NCBI GenBank assembly: GCA_043228905.1
Contig: JBHGNT010000020.1
Location: 11,036,001 to 11,100,000 of the forward strand
Length of the DNA: 64,000 nucleotides
Source: Azolla caroliniana
Lineage: Eukaryota > Plantae > Polypodiophyta
Direction: 5' to 3'
The position numbers were made by a program, and so were the translations under genes. Below the pieces are notes generated by a model that was given only the letters and a program-made list of their open reading frames with translations, did no database searches and was not told the origin of the DNA. This document shows positions 39,601 through 52,646 of this stretch, piece after piece. Each line of letters starts with the position of its first letter. Position 1 is the first letter of the stretch.

Positions 39601-42513
39601 GCAGTGACTAAGAGAACAATACCCAAATAATGTATGGATTGAGACCCGACTATAGGAGGCAAAATGCAAATTGGATATGTATCAGAAACTAAGGAGTACC
39701 AAGGCCTATTGAAGTAAAGTAGCAAGCTGGATGAGGGTAGGTGACCGTTACTAAAGGTTTTTTTGAAGTTGTCAAATGCAGAGGCTCTAGAACTCAACCT
39801 TCATGTTTAAAAAAGACAAATGGCACAATGACCACATGTGAGGAGGAAATGCTTGAAATGGCCAGGAGCTATTATAGGCAACTACTAAATGTATGTAAAG
39901 AGGAACACATTGATCATGATGCCTTTAGAAATACAATAAATAGGATACCAAAGGGAGTTACTACTCGGATGATGGACCGACTAAATACCCCTATATGTAT
40001 GCAGGAATTGTGGGATGCAATTGCAGATATGAACAAACAAAGTTGTGTAGGCATTGATGGACTCCCTATATACTTTTACAGTAAACATTGGGATCTAATT
40101 AAGGATGACATGTTGATAGGGATGCTATACATTATGGCAGAAGGTTTAATAGCTACAACAATGTGCAGAGGAATGATTTATTTAATACCCAAGGATGGAA
40201 AAGATCTGACAATACTCGATAATTAGTGACCATTGACGATTCTCACTAAGGCCTATAAGACCATGGCTAAAGTTGTAAGTAGTCAATTGAAAACGGTAAG
40301 TACTAGGGGACATTATACATACAAAGCAAACTGGCTTCTTAGAAAACCAAAGCATTGTTGACAATGTGATAACTTTCTGGGAGTATTCAACATGGGCGAA
40401 GGAGCAAGAAGTGAACCTGGAAGTAATATTACTCAACTTTGAAAAAGCATATGACAGGATCTCATGGGAATTCCTAGGCCCTAGGCTTCAAGCAACAATG
40501 GATCCTTGGAATGGTTGCCTTTTACAAGGATGCATCCAACCAGGTTTTAATGACTAGGAGCATGGGGAAGAGCTTTAAGACGTCACGATCGGTACGCCAA
40601 GGATGCTCATTGGCCCCGTACCTATTCATTATTGCAGTAGAAGCTTTGGATTATCAGATTGCTGATAGATCTTGGCAAATACAAGGTCTTCCCTTGCCCG
40701 AGGATGCAGGAATGTTGCTTGATATAGAATATGCTGATGATACAACAACTTACATTATGCGGGATGCAATTTTGTAGGGGCTTGAGTGCTAAAATAAATT
40801 GGAATAAATCAGTGGGCATTTGGATTTGTAATAAGCATGTGTTAAATTGGGCTCCGGACCCCAATTTTAGATGGTTGAGGAGAGGAGAAGCTACTAGATA
40901 CTTGGGTTTCAAAATTGGTATGGACATTGATCGATTAGAACACTACAATCTATTCATGGACAAAATAAAAGTGAAGCTAATATGGTGGAAGGCAAGAAAA
41001 CTATCATTTGCAGGCAAGATTGTGATTGCAAATCAGGTTCTAATGGCCACTATATGGCATATTGTCGCATGCTGGATAATCGCGCCCAAGTCGATGAAAG
41101 TGATAAAAAGGCTTATTAGAAATTTCTTATGGGGGGCCATAGAGGAAAAACATGGTCGTGTAAAGGTTGCATGAATCACACTTATAAAAGAAAAGGGTGG
41201 GACTAATGGATGTCGTGGTGCAAACGAAGGCCTTGCGAGGCAAATTGGTGGTCAGGAGCTTGCAACCACCTGAAGCACCTAGGAAAATTCTTTGGAGACG
41301 TCAATGGAAGATGTGGTTACCAAGACAAGGTGGAAGCTAACCAAGCAACTCTTTTTGGGGTTTTATGCCAGAAATGCGACCCAAATACTGGGGTTGTATC
41401 CAGAGTATATGTGCTGCTGGAATTATGAAGGTGTGGCAAGGAATCAGAAAGGGAATTGTTTGTAGGTGGAGAAATGATGCATATGCCTGAATGTACATGC
41501 TTATTGTTTGGAACCCACTAATCAGAGATGTGGACGGGCTAATGATAGGACAAAAAGTAGGCTTCAAATGGGCCAACTTAATCAATGCCCAAGGGAATGC
41601 GTTAGCGGATTGGAAGAGATTTCTATCTAATGATGTGGGCACTCAAAAGGCTAGAATATGGAGGATAAACAGGGGTAAAAGCATGCTAATGAGAATTACA
41701 TATGCCATTGCACGCAATAGGCAAACCTCCGAAATTGAATGGACAGGACTTATAAATGCTGGAAATTATCTAATTGGAATTAAGGGAATTAAAGCAGGAC
41801 CTAATGAGACATGCTACTACAAAATAGAGCATGGAATGGAAATACGTGAGCAACCAACCTATCAAACTGAAAGGCCAATTAGTTTGATTGCAAAAAATGG
41901 AAAGGATATGATGGTTGACCCCAAACCCAATGAGATCAAACCGACGATAATGTGTTGCCTGATAGAAGGGCATTCAGATCAGCTATCATGGGACCCAATG
42001 GTATATTTCTGGAGCACTCGGGGACGAATTGATGGTGCCAAGTTGGTTGAACCTTTAAGGTACAACACGAAATCGGGAGGCAAATTATTCTAGAACAAGA
42101 ACACAAAGATATTGCAACACGTAAATATTGGATACATGAGGGCATTAGTGAAAGGAGATTAGATAAATTCTGGAAAATGATATGACATGACAGTGGTGAC
42201 CGCAAGATAATGATGTGCTTATGGTTTATTGCACATAGATCATTACTAGTAAGGGCATGGGCGAAATGCCCCAATGTAGACCGTAGACGTAGTGCATGTG
42301 GACAACTAGAAAGCATTTCCCATTCTCTATGGGAATGCCGCGAGGCAATGGCTGTATGCGGAAGGGCATTACGATTGCTATGCCATGCCTCTAGCTCATT
42401 TACCCTCAATGGGGACATGCTTGTTGGAACTGTCTTGATGATGATGCGGAGAAATTTGATAGCACATGCAAAGCAATGTACAGAGGGGAGAATGGAACTA
42501 TTCGATTGATCAT

Positions 42514-42932
42514 TGTGAAAGTTAAAGTGCAGAAGCTTAGAAAAACCGGCTCAGCCAAATAGCAACAGAAAACAAAGACAAGGTTTAATGGAAAGCTTGA
42601 GAATACACAATACGTGGGAGAGACAGAGACAGAGACAGAGAGAGCAGAACACACAACGTCTATTTCAGAATAAACTCAATATTGTGTACATACAACGTGC
42701 TCGTATAAGTCCTTAAAAGGACTGACAGAAGTACTGACATGTACTTCAATGCTCGTACCGAGAAACTGACATTGACTCCTAGAAATATGCCTACATACTA
42801 GGCGAGGATCGTAGGCCTCTAACGGCCTATCGGTTACACTCATATACGGACACTGATCTGCCTCTCCGTTTTGGACATAGATACGGTTCTTCATTCTGGA
42901 TACTGATCCAGATCATGTTGAGCTTGCTCGTT
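42514..42932 (-). mobile_element. Copia LTR (same family as 12407-12867), truncated at its U3 tip by another LTR element
   Basis: Shared blocks with 12407-12867: aaccggctcag, aaggtttaatgga, atacgtgggagagaca, aaggactgacagaagtact, gttgagcttgctcg. Confidence 0.8.
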
Positions 42933-44726
42933 TGTGAAGGATCTATGTATCGATGGAGTAAGCTCCTCGATGTCGTAGCGAGATTCGGACCGGCGGTACC
43001 CTCTTGATGGCGAATCGGGCGGAGATGGTTGTCGGACACCTCCGAGCCTCACACTCACTTAAGAACTAATAGGTGATTAGGCATAATATCGCTCTCAAGC
43101 TCACTCTCATAAACAATGGGGTAATGAATGTAGACAACAAGATTAATGAATATATTTATTAACCCTCTTCGCTAAGAGGTCTAGCACCACCAAGAGAGAG
43201 AGATTAGTGTTCTCTAACTAACACTTCACTAATCTCTCTTAAGCTTAAAGTGTACAAGAAAGAGGAGAGGAAGCTTCTAGCTCTTAATCACTTAAGAGAT
43301 CTTTACAAATGGGAGAACCCCCACAAAGCCACTACTATGTGGTTTATATAGCTTTCACGTTTACGGTATGGGCCTTTCACACTTGGATGTCTCTTTGCTT
43401 CTTTTCCTCTTGTTGTTTCCGCTACGTCCTTGTTGATGCGCTCTTATTCGTGACTGGTTGTGTTGTTATCCCAACACTTAACATCCCCCCCAACCTAATG
43501 AGTGCACACTCCCGGGTGCACTATGGGAGGGGAGCTTCGGGCGTCGAGGGTGAGTAGGATTGAGTAGGGGGGTTCCTCGGGGGGTGGGTGGCGTCGGAGA
43601 TGATGGCGAAGACGACGGATGTTCAGTGGTGGTAGCCGGATTTCCTGCAGTTGGTCGGTTGTCATGAAGAAATCTTTCTTGGGGCCGGTGAGCCAAGTGC
43701 AGGTGTTGTGGTCGGCGAAGGGAGAAGGGGGGTTTCGACTAAAGCTTATGTAAGTGGGGAAAAAACACGTGTCAATCATGGTTTCAAAATCCCATTTGTA
43801 GGTGGCGGGGAGTACGTTGACGCAGGTCCAAAGGTTGACCAGTTGGCGGCGAGTAGGACCTTTATTCAAATTAAAGGTGAGGCCCCAAGCTGGGTGGTTG
43901 TGCCGTTGGAAGGGGGGGGCTTCGTACGGGCCAAAGTCAAGGAGGATGAGTAGTAGTTGTAGAAAGCGAAGGCTGGCTTGAATGTCAGGGTTCGGGACAT
44001 CGAGGTATGTACGTAGGAATCGTTGCATGACCCAGATCATGCCTGGTTCGGTCAGAGATGTGCGCGAGGGTCGGGGGAACACCGGCCAGTTGAATTGGAG
44101 AGTGGGTAGGCGTGCCTGGGCGGCTCTAAAGTCATGCCATGGCCAACGAAAAGGGAGGGGAAAAAAGGTGGGGCTGGTGCACATCTCAGAGGGGTGGAGG
44201 GCGAGCCATTCGCGAAAGGATGCCTGTGCGAACCAGGGGAGACGCCATGGGGGTTGGAGGCCAGGTGGTTCGAGGAGGGGGTCGGCTACGGGGTGGTGCC
44301 ATCCTCAAGTGGGGGTGGGGTTTGCAGCCGCCCAAGAAGACATCTTATCGCGGTAAACATGGGAGTAAAGGAATATGTTGACTTGGGGTTCGGAGGCGAC
44401 TTCAGGGTAATAGGTGTAGAGGCGGGTGAGGAGTAGGGGGGTCTCGCAAAAGTCGAACTCCCAGGGGATGGGGGCGGCAGATTGATTATCAAGGCGAGTG
44501 TCCCCACCGGTACTACTTTCAATGCAATCAAGGGCGGTTTGGATGTCGTGGGTGAGTTGGTAATGGTCAACCAAATCAACGTAGAAGGCCGCAGCGTTGA
44601 ATCGGGCACTCGGGGCGTGGAGTAGAGGAGGTGTAGTGAAGATGGGGGGGGGGGGTAGTTGTTGGTGGAGCATGAGGTGGGTGAGGGGGTGGTTGAAAGG
44701 GAGAGCTTTGCGGAGGATGGCCTCCG

Positions 44727-47700
44727 TGTTGGGATTTCGGTCCCTTTCGGATGGGATGGTCGGATATCGGAGATGAATGCCGACAAGCCCGGTATCGGTT
44801 TCGGCACCGGATGACGAAGACCCCGGTTTCGGTACTGGATGACGAATGTACCCGGAGAGCGATCCGGATGCAGGGACATATCCGTGAACATGTTCGCTAT
44901 GGGCCCCTGTGGCTACAGTTGTAAATAGCCCAAAGTCATATAAGTATAAATATGACTTAGGGCAAACAGTTTTACTGTTGCTTCTCATTTTTCTGTTTTT
45001 CCACTCAAGAGGAGTGAAGTGTAAGCAGCCGTGAGAGAGAGAGAGAGAGAGATAGAGCGCGAGAGAGGAAGAGGTAGACGCCTCTGTGTATTTCCGCCGC
45101 CTGTGGCGAGGACAGCGAGCTCAAGGTCGTCGCCTTGCAGCTCGCCATTGTATACTTCTCTGTATAGTGTTGGTTTGGAGTCTCGTACTCCCGTGGTTTT
45201 TCCCGTCTAGGGTTTTCCACGTTAATCCCTGTGTACTCGCGTTTTGTTTCTCTTTGTGGTTCCTATTTTCTGCTCCATCGATTCGCGCTTACTCGGTTGT
45301 GGCCGAGTGGTGAAGGTGATTAGAAGGGCCTATTCCTTTCAAACTGGTATCAGAGCGACTGTTGCAGAAAATGGAAGGCGGCGGCAGCGGGCAGCCGGGG
45401 ATGATGGTGCTGAACGCACAGAATTACGCCGACTGGAAGATCAAGATGGAGGATCTTCTGATTGTTCGGGACCTGTACGAACCGATTGACAGGTCGGAAA
45501 TACCGAAGGGGGTACTTGAGTCGGAGTGGAAGCTCCTGAACCGGAAAGCCGTAGCGACGATCCGACAATATGTCGATGTAAGCGTCCTACAACATGTGGC
45601 GAACGACACCAACGCATACGAGATGTGGAAGAAGCTGTCGGGCCTCTACGAGAGGAAGAATGCGTTGAACCGGACCTCCCTGATGAGGAAGATTGTGAAT
45701 CTCAAGTACCGGGACGGCGAGAGTATGGTGGAACACGTAAGCACGTTCATGGGATTCGTGAACCAGCTTGCGGCGATCAAGTTCCCGTTGGAGGATGCAA
45801 TGCAAGCCATCATCCTGATGTGTACATTGCCGGACAGCTGGGAGAACTTGGTGGTGACTCTCAGCACCTCCTGCACGGAAGACAACTTGTCCTTACAAAC
45901 GGTAAAGACGAGTATTTTGAACGAAGAAGCGCGTCGGAGAGATAAAGAACCGGCCTCCGACTCGAAGGCGCTGCTTACCAAATCGGATAGGGGAAGACAA
46001 TGGAACCGGAGTCCGCAAAGACGGGAGAAGTCGGGGACCCGGTCGCAGTCAAGAGGAAGGCCCACATGCTTCCACTGTGGGAAGCCGGGGCACTTCCGAA
46101 AGAACTGTCGGCATTACCGAAAAGACAACGGAGCCGACGACACCGATTCGAAGAAGTCACCGGAGAGAAACAGTGCATACCGGGGAGCCACGGACCGGAG
46201 AGGTTCGGATCGGCGAGGGCAGGACCGGAAAGGAACAACGGCACTCGCGGCAAGTGAGGAAGAAATCATGCTCATCACCGAAGAAGGTGAACTAAACGTT
46301 GCCGGCGATGAGACGACCTGGGTGGTCGATTCCGGAGCGTCGTTCCACTTGACCCCGGAAAGAAGATACTTCTCATCCTACACAGCCGGTGAGCATGGCT
46401 GTGTTCGGATGGGGAATGAAGGTACGTGCCGGATTCCCGGCATAGGAGACGTGTGGTTGACAACCCCGACCGGTTGCAAAATGCTGCTGAAGGATGTCCG
46501 ACACGTTCCGGAGGTTCGATTGAACCTGATTTCGGCCGGGAGGCTAGACGATGAAGGCTACACAGGTAGCATCCGGAACGGCGTAATGAAGTTCAGCAAG
46601 GGGAGCCTGATAGTGGCTCGGGCCCGGAAAGACAACACCCTGTACCTGATGAATGCCCGGTTATGTCCGGAAGAGCTGAATGTGGCAGCCGACACTGCCG
46701 GTGAGCTGTGGCACAAGAGACTGTGCCACATGAGTGAGAAGGGGATGAAGAGGCTTGCAGAAGACAACCTTATTCCAGTGAAGCATGTGCACCTGGAGAA
46801 GTGCACCGACTGCCTGGCCGGTAAGCAAAACCGGACCTCCTTCCACTCAAGGCCACCGACGAGACGTAGCGCACCATTGGAGTTGGTGCACACTGATGTG
46901 TGTCAGGTAGAAACGAAGTCACATGGCGGAGCCCAGTACTTCGTAACATTCATTGATGATCACAGCCGGAAGCTGTGGACGGCACCGTTGAAGACAAAGG
47001 ACCAAGTATTGTCCGTCTTCAAAGAACTCCACGCGAGAGTGGAAAGAGAATCCGGCAAGAAGCTGAAAGCAATACGAGCGGATAACGGAGGGGAATACCG
47101 GGGGCAGTTCCAGGAGTACTGTCGCTCGAAGAGAATCCGACTCGAGTTTAATGTGCCGAAGACGCCGGAACTGAACGGGCTGGCCGAGAGGATGAACCGG
47201 ACCATAATGGAGAGGGTCCGGAGTATGCTGGCACATGCGAAATTACCCAAGGGGTTCTGGGCTGAGGCAATGTCGACGGCGACATACGTGATAAACAGAT
47301 CACCCTCAGTACCTTTGGACGGAGACACGCCGCAGAAAGTGTGGACCGGTAGGGAAGTATCCTACCGGCATCTGAAGGTGTTCGGGTGTCTCGCATACGT
47401 GCATGTGGCAAAGGACCGGAGAGGAAAGCTAGATCCGAAGACCCGGCCATGCATATTCCTCGGTTACGGCGACGACGAGTTCGGCTACCGAGTATGGGAC
47501 CCGGTCGACAAGAAGATATTCAGGAGTCGAGATATCGTCTTTATGGAGGACAAGACACTCGCCGACTGGGAGTCGGAGAAGAAGATGAAGAGCTCCAAGT
47601 CGACCGGTGAGGATCAACTCTACGAGGAGCAGTCCCGACCGGCAAGGGACCGGTTAACACTCGAGGATCCGGCCGAAGACGGTGAAGAAACAGAACCGGC

Positions 47701-50074
47701 CGAAGAAGATGAAAATGATACCGGAACCGGCCCCGATCCCGAAATGGATTCGGATGAAGAAGAAGAATCGGAAGAACCGGTTACCGAAGCTCCCGAACGG
47801 AGATATCCTCTAAGAGAGAGAAGGCCCCCCCGGAGATTTCCGGAACCAGAGCACGTGCTGCTAACCGACGAGGGGGAGCCGGAGAGCTTTGAAGAAGCAA
47901 AGCATGACACCCAGAGCCGCAGGTGGTTGAGTGCCATGCAGGACGAGATGGATTCCCTGCATGAGAACCACACATATGAACTTGTGGAGTTGCCGAAAGG
48001 AAAGCGGGCACTTCGAAACAAGTGGGTGTTCAAGCTGAAACCGGGAGATGCCGGAAACCCCCCGAGATACAAAGCCAGGATCGTGGTGAAGGGGTTTCAG
48101 CAGAAGAAGGGCGTCGACTTCGACGAGATATTTGCCCCGGTAGTGAAGATGACCTCTATCCGGACGGTGCTGAGCATAGCGGCAAGCATGGACCTCGAGG
48201 TAGAACAGATGGACGTGAAGACGGCATTCCTTCACGGTGACCTCGATGAAGAGATCTACATGCAGCAACCGGAAGGATTCGAGAAGAAAGGGAAGGAGCA
48301 CCTGGTATGCCGGTTGAAGAAGAGCCTTTACGGACTGAAGCAGCCTCCCCGGCAATGGTACCGGAAGTTCGACTCCTTCATGACCGACGAAGGGTACCTC
48401 AAAACGCAGTCCGACCACTGCGTGTTTGTGAAGAAGTTCGAAGGAGGAGACTCTCTAATACTCCTCCTGTACGTGGACGACATGCTGATCGTCGGACGGG
48501 ACCAGGTCAAGATACGGATGCTGAAGAAGGCTCTTCACTGAACCTTCTCAATGAAGGACCTGGGTCCGGCGAGGCAAATACTAGGGATGCACATCATCCG
48601 GGACCGGAAGAAGAAGCAGTTGTGGCTGTCACAGGAGAAGTACGTGACGAAGGTGCTTCACCGGTTCAACATGTCGGAAGCAAGAACGGTCGGATCGACC
48701 CTCCCGACAAACTGCAAGCTGTCCAGCAAGCAAAGTCCCAAGACAAAGGCTGAAAAGGAGGATATGATGAAAGTGCCGTATGCCTCAGCCGTCGGGAGCT
48801 TGATGTACGCCATGGTGTGTACGAGACCGGACATAGGATATGCAGTCGGAGTGGTGAGCCGGTACATGAGCAATCCCGGCAAAGAGCATTGGAACGCGGC
48901 CAAGTGGATACTCCGATACCTGAAGGGCACAACAAATGTGTGCCTCCGATTCGGCTCCGGAAAGCCCGAACTCGACGGTTTCACCGATTCGGATATGTCG
49001 GCTGATGTAGATACCAGCCGGTCCACATCAGGGTATGTGATGACGTATGCAGGGGGAGCTGTTTCATGGCAGTCGAGGCTGCAGAAGACGGTTGCGCTGT
49101 CAACCACGGAGGCGGAGTACATGGCGGCTGTTGAAGCCGGCAAGGAAATAATATGGATGAAGGACTTCATTAGAGAGCTCGGTATCCGGCAGGAGGAGTA
49201 CCGACTCTACTGCGACAGTCAGAGTGCAATCCACCTTGCAAAGAACGCGGCCTATCACTCCCGGACGAAGCACATCCAGCGAAGATATCACTGGATCCGG
49301 GAAAGGATAGAAGACAAGGAGTTCGTGCTAACGAAGATCCACACGGACGAGAACGGGTCGGATATGCTGACCAAGGTGCTCACACCCGACAAGCTAGAAG
49401 CATGCCGGAAGAGGATCGGATTGGAGAGACATCCCATGCCGAAGTGAAGGGGGAGTTTGTTGGGATTTCGGTCCCTTTCGGATGGGATGGTCGGATATCG
49501 GAGATGAATGCCGACAAGCCCGGTATCGGTTTCGGCACCGGATGACGAAGACCCCGGTTTCGGTACTGGATGACGAATGTACCCGGAGAGCGATCCGGAT
49601 GCAGGGACATATCCGTGAACATGTTCGCTATGGGCCCCTGTGGCTACAGTTGTAAATAGCCCAAAGTCATATAAGTATAAATATGACTTAGGGCAAACAG
49701 TTTTACTGTTGCTTCTCATTTTTCTGTTTTTCCACTCAAGAGGAGTGAAGTGTAAGCAGCCGTGAGAGAGAGAGAGAGAGAGAGATAGAGCGCGAGAGAG
49801 GAAGAGGTAGACGCCTCTGTGTATTTCCGCCGCCTGTGGCGAGGACAGCGAGCTCAAGGTCGTCGCCTTGCAGCTCGCCATTGTATACTTCTCTGTATAG
49901 TGTTGGTTTGGAGTCTCGTACTCCCGTGGTTTTTCCCGTCTAGGGTTTTCCACGTTAATCCCTGTGTACTCGCGTTTCGTTTCTCTTTGTGGTTCCTATT
50001 TTCTGCTCCATCGATTCGCGCTTACTCGGTTGTGGCCGAGTGGTGAAGGTGATTAGAAGGGCCTATTCCTTTCA
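44727..50074 (+). mobile_element. Very young complete Tnt1/Tork-like copia E, CTCCG TSD
   Basis: LTRs 44727-45341 and 49458-50074 differ only by one GA unit and one T/C that I could see. PBS 45345-45356; PPT gaagggggag before 49458; CTCCG at 44722-44726 and 50075-50079. Confidence 0.98.
45371..49447 (+). pseudogene. copia E gag-pol with a single in-frame TGA at 48539-48541
   Basis: CFHCGKPGHFRKNC, WVVDSGAS, integrase, YVDDM and RNase H; ORFs 45362..48541 and 48551..49447 are in frame. Confidence 0.95.
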
Positions 50075-51580
50075 CTCCGTGAATGTCCGACCGGGGTGGG
50101 TGACGACCCGTGTGTGGAGGGGGAAAAGGTCGGGTGGCGGGGGGGGTGTGTGAAAGGGGTTGTCACCGAACATGGGGTGTCTGTGGTCGGGGACGTGGTG
50201 TTCGCTGAGGTGTTCGTAGGAGGGCACAAGCACGAGCCTCATCGAATTTCATGAGTTGATACTCGCGAGAGACGTCGAGGTATAGGGCTAACTCTAGTAT
50301 GTCGTCACCCTCGAGGTCGGTGGGCCAATTGAATGCGGCGTATTCGATGTTGAATATGTTAGCACGAACCCCGACATCCCAGGCGGTTTGCCAAGCGCGT
50401 ATAAGCCAGAGGAGCCCGAACGGGGGTACGAAGGTCGTAGTGTTCTCCAACAGGGGTGCGGGTGAGGGTGTCGGCGATGTAGTGTAAGCGCACTAGTGTT
50501 GCGAAGAGGTGGGCTAGCTGGTCTTTGGTGACTTGCATCGTGACATCAGAAGGGTAGGTGAAATAGATCAGGTCGGAGATGTCTAAGTCAGGGGTGAGGG
50601 CGGTGTGAAGGTAGGCCATACCTTTGATAAACAAAATAGGGAGATGTTGGGGCAAGAGGTCGTCGACTGGGGGAGAAGGTTCTTCGGTGTCTTCCTAGTA
50701 CAACATGAAGAGGGCGAGGGCATGGTTGTCTTCAGGGAGTACTCAGATGAAGGTCTGCCGGTCTGGGGGTGTGGCGTCGTCAAAGAATATGCGACACGTG
50801 GCGGCCAATGACTGAAGGACGCATGTTGTCGTAGTGTATTTCGCACACTACGTGAAAATTGCATTTTTGTCCCTCCAGATGGAACCGGCAAGGAGGAACT
50901 GGTGAGAACCGGATGAAGGATGGAACTGGTAAGGAGACCCGGTACGAACCGGCAAGACCCGAATAAAGAAGGCCGGTGAGAGTCTCTCAGCAGATGAAGA
51001 GACAAATTTGTAAATAGAAGAAAAGATTGTTACATGGGTCGAAGCACGCTACGGGGTACCAAAAAAGTACTGTTTTTGGCCACAAAAATTGTCAGTACTT
51101 TCAATACTGTTAGTACTGAATAATTCAGAAAAAAAATTAGAGAAAAAGAAAATCGATTTTGGAGAGTGGGGTGACTGTAGTACAAGTGTCATTAACTGTA
51201 GAAGGAGTGGGGGGAACACGTGAGGAGATGTTCTTCCATTTTGGGGGCTATTTTCCCCTCACGTCGATTTTGGCGCTTCCCCTCACGTCGTTTTGGCGAT
51301 TCCCCTCATACTGTTCTTCCTCTATCTCTCTGAGCTTTTCATCACAGACATCCATGTCACGTTTCTGATTTTCCTTCAATCTAAATCTCAGACATCCATG
51401 TCTGGTTGGAGAGTTTGAGTTGAGGATTTCTGATTTTTTTAGGGTTTCTGTTTTTGTTAGGTTTCGGTTGAGGTACAGAGACTGTTCTGAGGGTTTAGGT
51501 AGCAGCCAATAGTCACTTCTTTGACAACGACTTTCGTACTTCCACCGATTGCAGTTGATGTCGTGGTGATTTGGGGCTTT

Positions 51581-51776
51581 TTCCACCAAATCGAGGCGGC
51601 ATTGGAGGTTCCTTCCACCAAATCGAGGCGGCATATCCAACGCTCCCTCCACCATTGGAGGTTCCTTCCACCAAATCGAGGCTGCATATCCACGCTCCCT
51701 CCACCATTGGAGGTTCCTTCCACCAAATCGAGGCGGCATATCCAACGCTCCCTCCACCATTGGAGGTTCCTTCCAT
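51581..51776. repeat. ~52-bp tandem repeats containing the hairpin CCTCCA-CCAT-TGGAGG
   Basis: ttccaccaaatcgagg four times; ctccctccaccattggaggttccttcca three times. Confidence 0.9.
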
Positions 51777-52590
51777 CCTTTTTTTTATTTTCAGTACTAA
51801 AATGTTTCATTTCTTCATATTTCAGTACTAAATTTTTAGAATTGACATTTGCCATATTTGATATGTAATTCTAATGTTTGAAACAAAATATTTCTCACTT
51901 TGCAGGCCACATTTAAAAACATTTGATTGTGTTTTCTTGGTTGAGTCTATATATCCACGCTCCCTCCACCATTGGAGGTTCCTTCCATCCATTTTTTTCA
52001 TTTTCAGTACTAAAATGTTTCATTTCTTCATATTTCAGTACTAAATTTTTAGAATTGACATTTGCCATATTTGATATGTAATTCTAATGTTTGAAACAAA
52101 ATATTTCTCACTTTGCAGGCCACATTTAAAAACATTTGATTGTGTTTTCTTGGTTGAGTCTATATATCCACGCTCCCTCCACCATTGGAGGTTCCTTCCA
52201 TCCATTTTTTTCATTTTCAGTACTAAAATGTTTCATTTCTTCATATTTCAGTACTAAATTTTTAGAATTGACATTTGCCATATTTGATATGTAATTCTAA
52301 TGTTTGAAACAAAATATTTCTCACTTTGCAGGCCACATTTAAAAACATTTGATTGTGTTTTCTTGGTTGAGTCTATATATCCACGCTCCCTCCACCATTG
52401 GAGGTTCCTTCCATCCATTTTTTTCATTTTCAGTACTAAAATGTTTCATTTCTTCATATTTCAGTACTAAATTTTTAGAATTGACATTTGCCATATTTGA
52501 TATGTAATTCTAATGTTTGAAACAAAATATTTCTCACTTTGCAGGCCACATTTAAAAACATTTGATTGTGTTTTCTTGGTTGAGTCTATA
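51738..52590. repeat. Four near-identical 213-bp tandem repeats directly upstream of the transposase
   Basis: atatccacgctccctccaccattggagg at 51951, 52164 and 52377 (period 213); each unit has tcagtactaaa twice. Confidence 0.95.
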
Positions 52591-52646
52591 TAACATTAAC
52601 TACTTTCGCAAGACACTTAATTTTTGTGGATAAATCTAGTGACCGA

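Larger units (their letters stand above)
25860..42510 (+). mobile_element. Decayed L1-type LINE (ORF1 + ORF2), interrupted in ORF1 by copia C
   Basis: ORF1 resumes at 36930 (GKGFYHV, CFVCRQMGHMARE knuckle). ORF2 fragments: APE (LNIYAPN, IGGDFN), RT (GIDGLP, NFEKAYDRISW, SVRQGCSLAPYLF, EYADD, RYLG), zf-RVT-like (ESISHSLWEC). Confidence 0.88.
43495..50864 (-). pseudogene. Unknown ~670-codon Pro/His/Thr-rich ORF in the env position, split by copia E
   Basis: Pieces 50864-50075 and 44726-43495 read in frame across the CTCCG TSD (..HPGRTFTE|AILRKALP..). A few internal stops and frameshifts; the ORF ends at the PPT. Confidence 0.6.
42933..51044 (-). mobile_element. 3' part of an LTR retroelement (probably gypsy): extra ORF, PPT and 3' LTR; interrupted by copia E and cut off by the DNA transposon
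   Basis: The minus strand reads stop TAG-GTTGGGGGGGA-TGTTAAG...CCTTCACA (LTR 43483-42933, with CTATATAAA). No pol is visible in the window. Confidence 0.65.

Noticed and set aside
48539-48541. Programmed stop-codon readthrough in copia E
   Set aside because: The stop lies inside RT and the related element D has a sense codon there (LNQTF); a C-to-T mutation is simpler.
51045-51052. CACGCTAC as a CACTA/Chapaev terminus
   Set aside because: It is not CACTA/CACTG and the transposase lacks the motifs of those groups; the true end remains unverified until the other terminus is seen.
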